A DNA stretch of 64,000 bases, from positions 64,001 through 128,000 of IMG/VR virus record IMGVR_UViG_3300035502_000313; one strand, given 5' to 3'. The notes under the pieces are model-generated. The model searched no databases. It saw only the letters and a list, made by a program, of their open reading frames with translations, and had not been told where the DNA came from. The stretch comes from a virus. Taxonomy: Duplodnaviria; Caudoviricetes. The position numbers were made by a program, and so were the translations under genes. Positions 57,956 to 64,000 of the stretch are shown one piece after another (the stretch's first letter is position 1; every line of letters begins with the position of its first letter).

Positions 57956-58058
57956 AAAACGTACCTCCTTTTCTTATGCTTATATTTTAATAAATTGTTG
58001 TAGGTATTGTTGAAACGAAAAAATAAAGGGCACGATAAAGTGCCCAGTATTCTCTTGA

Positions 58059-58853
58059 TTAATCAATTACATCGGATACAAAATCTAAGTATCCATCTGA
58101 AGTAACTGATATATCAAATCCATAAAATTCTGGAATTTTGCTTGGAAAATATGATAAGAGTATATTTACAAAGTTCATCAAATCCTTACCATATTTTGAT
58201 CTTCTATAAATATCAGAAAGATTCTTATACTTATCAAAATCAAGTAATGAATTTATCGTAAGTACATGATCTTTTATATATCTATGTATTTCTTTTTTAA
58301 CAAGGTCTTTTTCCTCATCATCATAGATACTTCTTACAAGGAAAATACTATTTGCTTCTGCGACTTTATGGAATCCTAACATTGACGATATATCAATCCA
58401 GTCATTAGGTACATTTGTTTTAATACATCTAGCAACTGGAATGTTATACAGTTTTAAGCATTCATTAGGATATTGATATTCAAATCCCTTGATTAATGAT
58501 ATTTGGAATGGATTGATTGTTGTAGTAGACATTACTTTTGTCTTAAACTTTTCCATCATATTATTCCATACATTATTCTTACTTTCATAATTGATATAAT
58601 CAAATATTAAGAATACATCCAAAATTTCACTAACAGTAATGCAGTTATCTTCTTCTGTTATCTTTTTGAATGATTTGACTATATTATATACATCCCAGCT
58701 TAATTTGTTTTCCCTTACAAATTTTTCTAAGATGCTAATACTGTTATTGTAATCATCGATTTCATTCTGTTCAATCAGAATCATATGATTACCTTTATCA
58801 ATTCTCTTTGATTTGTTTTCCCTATTTTCAATCTTACCGTTTTTGATATTCAT
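58059..58853 (-). CDS. hypothetical protein
   Basis: 264-aa ORF, AAGGAG RBS. Confidence 0.65.
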   Translation of the reverse strand: MNIKNGKIENRENKSKRIDKGNHMILIEQNEIDDYNNSISILEKFVRENKLSWDVYNIVKSFKKITEEDNCITVSEILDVFLIFDYINYESKNNVWNNMMEKFKTKVMSTTTINPFQISLIKGFEYQYPNECLKLYNIPVARCIKTNVPNDWIDISSMLGFHKVAEANSIFLVRSIYDDEEKDLVKKEIHRYIKDHVLTINSLLDFDKYKNLSDIYRRSKYGKDLMNFVNILLSYFPSKIPEFYGFDISVTSDGYLDFVSDVID

Positions 58854-58916
58854 TTACATACACTCCTTAAAATTATGTAAAACAGGGTGGATTTCATTCC
58901 ACCCTGCCATCGAGTT

Positions 58917-59990
58917 TTACTTACGTCTTGAAACCTTGTGCTTATTATATCTATCGATATTATCAATAAGTACAAACTGGAACGCAATCTTGTTTGCTAT
59001 ATCATCAAGATTGAAAGTTTTCTTAATAGCAGCATACTCTACATCAGGAATAGTGATATTGAAAATGATATCTTTCTTATTGTCATTCTCGTCAGTCATA
59101 TTGACATTGTAATTCGAATAACAATTGTTAATACCCTTATTGATTCCAATAATTGTCTTTAACATGCAATCTTTAAAGGTAACGATATTCTCTTCGATAA
59201 ACGAAGCCCAATCTTCAGGTACAGTTACTTTTACCTGATGAATGGTAAATCCCTTATCAGTGAAGAAGTATGCAAGCTTATACTTGATTTCTTCATCATA
59301 ACGGAAATTCTCAAAGTACTCTCTTTTCTTAAGAGATATCTTAAGACCTATCTTATCTCTTGATGAGAAAAGAGACTGATTGATTCTTGCAGGGTATTCA
59401 CTAAAAGGAACCCTGTCAGTAAGAATATCAATAACATCAGTAACAAAGCTGACATTTCTATTCTTACGATGTTTTTCAATTACCTGCATTATTCTTGCAG
59501 ATAACTTGACATCGACATTGTATGCTGTTTTGTATCTTGGACTGATATTCAATTCCGATTCATCAGGAATATCAAGAACAGTCAAAAGACTTGTAACAAG
59601 TCTTGACGATGTGACATCAAACTCTTGTGCTACAGTTTTGATGATTTCATCATCGTCATCATTCACAGTAAATGATGGGTGCGTAAACTCTGGAATTACA
59701 ACACTGTTATTCATCATTATATTGAATTTTTCAATAGCCTGCTGAATATCATTTATGTTATATCCAGTTTCAGAAACTTCTATAGGACTTGAATGCAGCT
59801 GAAAATAGCTGTCATTCAGCATGTACATAACAATACGTCTGTACACCTCCGTCACAGAGGTTTTAAGATTTGTAGCATATGTTTTTACTTTGTTGTGACG
59901 AGTCGTAGGAACATAAGCCTTAACGATATTAGACAATGCTACGTTGTCTGGTACGTTTATCGTATCCTGGATTACTTCTTTGTTAGTCAT
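58917..59990 (-). CDS. hypothetical protein (putative early gene)
   Basis: Early-type motif at 60053-60069 followed by the ATAAACAGGATGG/CCATCCTGTTTAT hairpin. Confidence 0.7.
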   Translation of the reverse strand: MTNKEVIQDTINVPDNVALSNIVKAYVPTTRHNKVKTYATNLKTSVTEVYRRIVMYMLNDSYFQLHSSPIEVSETGYNINDIQQAIEKFNIMMNNSVVIPEFTHPSFTVNDDDDEIIKTVAQEFDVTSSRLVTSLLTVLDIPDESELNISPRYKTAYNVDVKLSARIMQVIEKHRKNRNVSFVTDVIDILTDRVPFSEYPARINQSLFSSRDKIGLKISLKKREYFENFRYDEEIKYKLAYFFTDKGFTIHQVKVTVPEDWASFIEENIVTFKDCMLKTIIGINKGINNCYSNYNVNMTDENDNKKDIIFNITIPDVEYAAIKKTFNLDDIANKIAFQFVLIDNIDRYNKHKVSRRK

Positions 59991-60071
59991 ATTATGACCA
60001 CTCCTTTATTTTTAATAATATAAACAGGATGGAATTAACCATCCTGTTTATTCATATTTATAATATATAGA

Positions 60072-60146
60072 TTACATATGTTTTACTCTATCTCTTTCTT
60101 CAGCACGTTTTGCCGAATTCCATCTGTCTAATGTACCTACAAGATA
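60072..60146 (-). CDS. nrdD: anaerobic ribonucleotide reductase, last exon
   Basis: Manual translation YLVGTLDRWNSAKRAEERDRVKHM*, which completes RIRRITG|YLVG. Confidence 0.9.
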   Translation of the reverse strand, partial: YLVGTLDRWNSAKRAEERDRVKHM

Positions 60147-60820
60147 CACTTGTTAAAGTGGACTATTCCTTACTCAGTAGAGTCAATGTGTCTAGTCTCT
60201 GCATTCAGAATAATAAATATTAAAATCAAATATACGAGAACGTCTCTTTTTCATCTTACTTCTGACATGGTCTTTTTCTTTAGAATAATATTCTGCTATA
60301 TAATTAGATGCTTCACTAATAGATTTGAAACATAATTTTTCTTTAGTGATTGAGTTTACTATTGTTACTGGTTTAGATATACATATTTTATTATAGGTTA
60401 TATATCTTAGATTAGAATAATGATTATTTCTAGAATTTCTATCTATATGATCTATTTCATATCCTTCTGGTATGTCTCCTAACCAACATTCAGCAACAAC
60501 TTTATGTATCATTACTCTAGTAACAACACCTTTTAAATTTATAAAAGCGTCATAATATCCAGATTCATCTAAGAATATCTTTATATTCTTCTTAGACTTC
60601 ACATTTCTTAAAATAGTGCCGTTCTCATTTATTTCATATAAAAAGTATAATGATTTTATTTTTCTGAACTCAAGGTTTGAATTGTTATTATTCATCTCTT
60701 GATACCTCCATAGTAATTATTTGATTTCTGACCCTTAATAGAGTCTAGCTATGGAAACCCTATTTTATATACAATAGGTTTACATTAGTTTTAGGGCTTA
60801 CTTTATAGGTACTCTAGTTA
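60147..60820 (-). mobile_element. group I intron (674 nt) in nrdD carrying an HNH endonuclease
   Basis: Exon ends in U (GGT), intron ends in G; R-like GCAGAGACTA and S-like AAGGAATAGTCC (P7 GACTA/TAGTC). Confidence 0.85.
60192..60695 (-). CDS. intron-encoded HNH homing endonuclease
   Basis: YEINENG...IHKVVAECWLG...EIDHIDRNSRNNHYSNLRY plus NUMOD1-like FKSISEAS. Confidence 0.88.
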   Translation of the reverse strand: MNNNNSNLEFRKIKSLYFLYEINENGTILRNVKSKKNIKIFLDESGYYDAFINLKGVVTRVMIHKVVAECWLGDIPEGYEIDHIDRNSRNNHYSNLRYITYNKICISKPVTIVNSITKEKLCFKSISEASNYIAEYYSKEKDHVRSKMKKRRSRIFDFNIYYSECRD

Positions 60821-62012
60821 ACCCGTTATACGTCTGATACGTTCAAATGGCTTATCTTCAGTTTCCTTTCTATGACAGTAAGGACACTCATCATTAATTA
60901 CACCAGTGTAACCACATACTGGATCTCTATCTACTGGGTGATTAATAGAACCATATCCAATATTATTATCATGCATACATTTAACAATAGCTTCAATAGA
61001 CTGTACGTTTCTACTTGTATCACCATCAAGTTCTACATAGCAGATATGACCACCATTACATAAATCATGGAAAGGTGCTTCAAGACGAATCTTATCGGCA
61101 GCAGAGATATTAAAGTATACAGGAATATGATTAGAGTTTGTGAAATATTCTCTATCTGTTACACCTTTAATTTCACCATATTTAGCTTTACACTGTCTTA
61201 ATGCTTTTCCCGCATATGATTCAGCAGGAGTAGCTAAAAGACCAAAATTAAGTCCAGTATCTTCAGAAGCTTTATCACAATATTCTCTCATAAGTTTGAC
61301 AATACTATAACCTTTATTCCAATACTCTTCACCTTCACCATGATGATGACCATAAAGAGCAACAAGAGTTTCTGCAAGACCAACAAAACCAATAGAAAGA
61401 GAACCATGTTTAATTACTTCACGAATCTCATCTTCTGGACCAAGCTTATCAGAACCAATCCAAACACCTTCACCCATAAGAAATGGCATATTCTTTACTT
61501 TACGTCTAGCTTGAATTTCAAATCTTTCAAGAAGCTGTTTTTTAGAAATGTCCATATACTTATAAAGAAGCTCAAAGAATTTATCTTCATCACCATTTGC
61601 TTCAAGTGCAAGCATAGGAAGATTGATTGTAGTGAATGAAAGATTACCTCTACCATAAGCAATCTCATTCTCAGGATCATAGACATTTCCCATAACACGT
61701 GTTCTGCATCCCATTTGTGCTACCTCAGTCTCTGGATGACCTGGCTTATAATACTGAAGATTAAATGGAGAATCTAGGAATATATAGTTAGGGAATAAAC
61801 GTTTAGCAGTTACTCTATATGATAACTGTAATAAATCATAATTCTTATCTTCTGGGTTATAGTTTACACCTTCCTTGACTTTGAAGATAACAATTGGGAA
61901 AATACATGTTTCTCCATGTCCTAGACCAGCTTCAAGTGCAAGAAGAAGATTCTTAATAACCATACGTCCTGCATTAGATGTATCTGTACCCAGGTTGATT
62001 GACGAAAAAGGT
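60821..62012 (-). CDS. nrdD: anaerobic ribonucleotide reductase, middle exon
   Basis: PFSSINLGTDTS...IFPIVIFKVKEG...MGCRTRV...GRGNLSFTTINLP...ATPAES...YFTNSNH...RIRRITG. Confidence 0.93.
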
Positions 62013-63238
62013 CAGTTGTATTATCTTATAGGCTTTTTATCCTATAATTCTGGAGCTTATGATTTCGCTCATACGTTTTAAAACGATACGTCTGTCATTT
62101 CAGACCAGCTTAGCATAGATTTCCACCCTCGTTTAACGTTAGGCATATATACGTGCGATATATAAGTGTATTACTATATAATACAGTGTCGGATACTCGT
62201 GGCGGTATTATATTCTCATATTTGAGTTTCAACCACTATGCGTTACGGTACTTATCTGTGTTAAAAGATAAGTTACCTCGGTATTAACATATCTTATATC
62301 ATATTATTTAAAATAAAGTATTGTTCAAATTTATCTTTCTTTCTAGATAAATATATATTAGCATTGTTATATATGAAATTATAAAATTTCATTATTTCAT
62401 CTTTTCTAGCTATATCAACCATTTCTAAATATATTTTACTATTACATCTTTCTGTTCTCCAATGGGTTATACCTATATATTCTAGTAGCTTTATTATATC
62501 ATTTTTTAAAATTTCATATGTTATAAGAGCTACTCTTCCAGAATAAGAATTGCATACTTTTCTTTCAGGATGAGATAATCTATAAGTAAAACATCCATCA
62601 CCATCAAAGAAACCTCTAATCATATGATTGACTAAATCGTATCTTATAATTGGAAGTGGTCTTAGCCATTTAGGATTGTCTAAACCATAAAAATTTAAAT
62701 CTCTTGCTATTTTAAAACTAGAAACTACACATGATATACATTCTTTATCAGCTCTATTATCTAGTCTTAATGATGTTTGAGCATTTAAAAATTTATGAAA
62801 ATTCTCTACCATATAAGAATCTGTAGTACTTAGTTGTAATATTATTTTTGGAGATGCATTTTGATTACGCTTATTGTAAAATACACATCCATCAGCTAAT
62901 AACAATCCTAAGAAATATGCTTTTTCTTCAGTATCTATAATACTAAAGATATCTTCATTAAGACCTATTGAATATAGTTGTTGTTTAGTATAAATAGGTA
63001 CATTGTATTCTTTAAGTATCTTTGAAATGGTAGGTTGTGATAAATTATATTTACTACATAAACAACTCAAAGGTTGAACATTAGATATATAATCGTTAAC
63101 AATATTTATTTTTATTTCATCAGATATAATTATTGACAATTCATATCACCTTCCTCAAAAGTGATATGATATAAGATAAGCCTTCACCGATTTTACCCGA
63201 TTACGGTATAATATTTCTATTATACTAGGCAAACTTTT
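62013..63238 (-). mobile_element. group I intron (1226 nt) in nrdD carrying a LAGLIDADG endonuclease
   Basis: Joining CAG GT|A CCT TTT restores SRAGAQVPFSS; 5' exon ends in U, intron ends in G; core elements AATCGGTGAAGGC, CCGTAACGCATAG and CTATGCTAAG (P7 GCATAG/CTATGC). Confidence 0.88.
62294..63139 (-). CDS. intron-encoded double-motif LAGLIDADG homing endonuclease
   Basis: KAYFLGLLLADGC and HMIRGFFDGDGC motifs; N-terminal HTH-like segment. Confidence 0.88.
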   Translation of the reverse strand: MSIIISDEIKINIVNDYISNVQPLSCLCSKYNLSQPTISKILKEYNVPIYTKQQLYSIGLNEDIFSIIDTEEKAYFLGLLLADGCVFYNKRNQNASPKIILQLSTTDSYMVENFHKFLNAQTSLRLDNRADKECISCVVSSFKIARDLNFYGLDNPKWLRPLPIIRYDLVNHMIRGFFDGDGCFTYRLSHPERKVCNSYSGRVALITYEILKNDIIKLLEYIGITHWRTERCNSKIYLEMVDIARKDEIMKFYNFIYNNANIYLSRKKDKFEQYFILNNMI

Positions 63239-64000
63239 ACCTGTGCACCTGCTCTAGAATGTAATGTATTTAGGTTATGTACAAAACCTTCCATAGCTTG
63301 ATAACAAGCTTTTTCTGTATCTTTATATGACATCTCTAGAATCTTTGTAATATAGTAATTATATACTGAAGAAGATATATTGAATTCACTATATAACTTA
63401 TCATCAAGACCATCATTAGCTTCACAAATTTCAAGATAGTGTTCAAGTTCTTCTAATTCCATATTGTTTATACTATCAAAGAACTCAGTTAATTCATCAC
63501 TATCATTAATAAACATCTTAAACTTTTCATAATTAGCATTGATTGACTTTCTGAATGTTTTATATATTCCAGGAGCCATCGAATAATCAAAATTAGGAAT
63601 CGATTGTCCACCATGCTGATCATTTTGATTGCTTTGAATTGCAATTGCTGCATGTGTAGCATACGATCCAATGCTATTAGGTTCTCTTAGGTAACCATGT
63701 CCTGTATTAAAACCATCCTTAAATAACTTAAGACAGTCAATCTGGCAACATGTTAGAGTAAGTGAATAAAAGTCAAGGTCGTGGATATGGATATAACCAT
63801 CTGTATATGCCTTGGCAATATCTTTACTCATCATATTATTTACATAATAATTCTTAGATACATTTGCACCTACTTGTAACATTGTACCCATAGGAGCATC
63901 GCCATCGATGTTACCATTATCACGCTTAAGGTCATTATCTTTAGATTCTGTATTAAGTAAAGAGGAGATTGTATTTGAAATACTATCTCTAGTATTTCTG
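63239..64000 (-). CDS. nrdD: anaerobic ribonucleotide reductase, upstream exon (5' end outside window)
   Basis: DNGNIDGDAPMGTM...IHIHDLDFY...TCCQID...QSNQNDQHGGQS...HNLNTLHSRAGAQV. Confidence 0.93.

Noticed and set aside
60072-64000. nrdD as a fragmented pseudogene or intein-containing gene
   Set aside because: Fragments join in frame at U|...G boundaries with group I core motifs, and in-frame stops rule out inteins
1-64000. Stop-codon reassignment, tRNA genes, diversity-generating retroelement
   Set aside because: Genes are full length in the standard code with TAA, TGA and TAG all used as stops; no cloverleaf, reverse transcriptase or TR/VR pair noticed by eye

Overview
AT-rich, densely coding 64-kb segment of a jumbo myophage of the phiKZ/AR9(PBS1)-like supergroup. 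The host is inferred to be an anaerobic Firmicute (Clostridia-like), from AGGAGG ribosome-binding sites, NrdD/NrdG, a GH25+M15 endolysin and BspA-type LRR and 3D-domain proteins. Recognisable genes are: both halves of a split RNA polymerase beta' (virion-RNAP-type split), terminase large subunit, a GroEL-like chaperonin, an SbcD/Mre11-like nuclease, a PD-(D/E)XK nuclease, large virion/baseplate-type proteins, an endolysin and a candidate GAF-domain holin. nrdD is interrupted by two group I introns (LAGLIDADG and HNH), one inserted immediately after the glycyl-radical Gly codon. Accessory genes include an orphan MazF/PemK-like RNase, two Tad2/DUF2829-like proteins and a kinase-like protein. Intergenic regions show two fixed-spacing promoter classes: an AR9-like late motif AAC(A/T)-N6-TA (19 copies counted by eye) and a putative early motif YATATAYNAT-N4-RTR (9 copies). 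The most unusual signal is a family of long structured 5' leader RNAs. Each has a covarying bulged hairpin followed by two tandem H-type pseudoknots, and the family recurs in front of unrelated small early ORFs, in promoter-leader-ORF-terminator cassettes with related terminators. All assignments come from reading motifs by eye; no searches were run.
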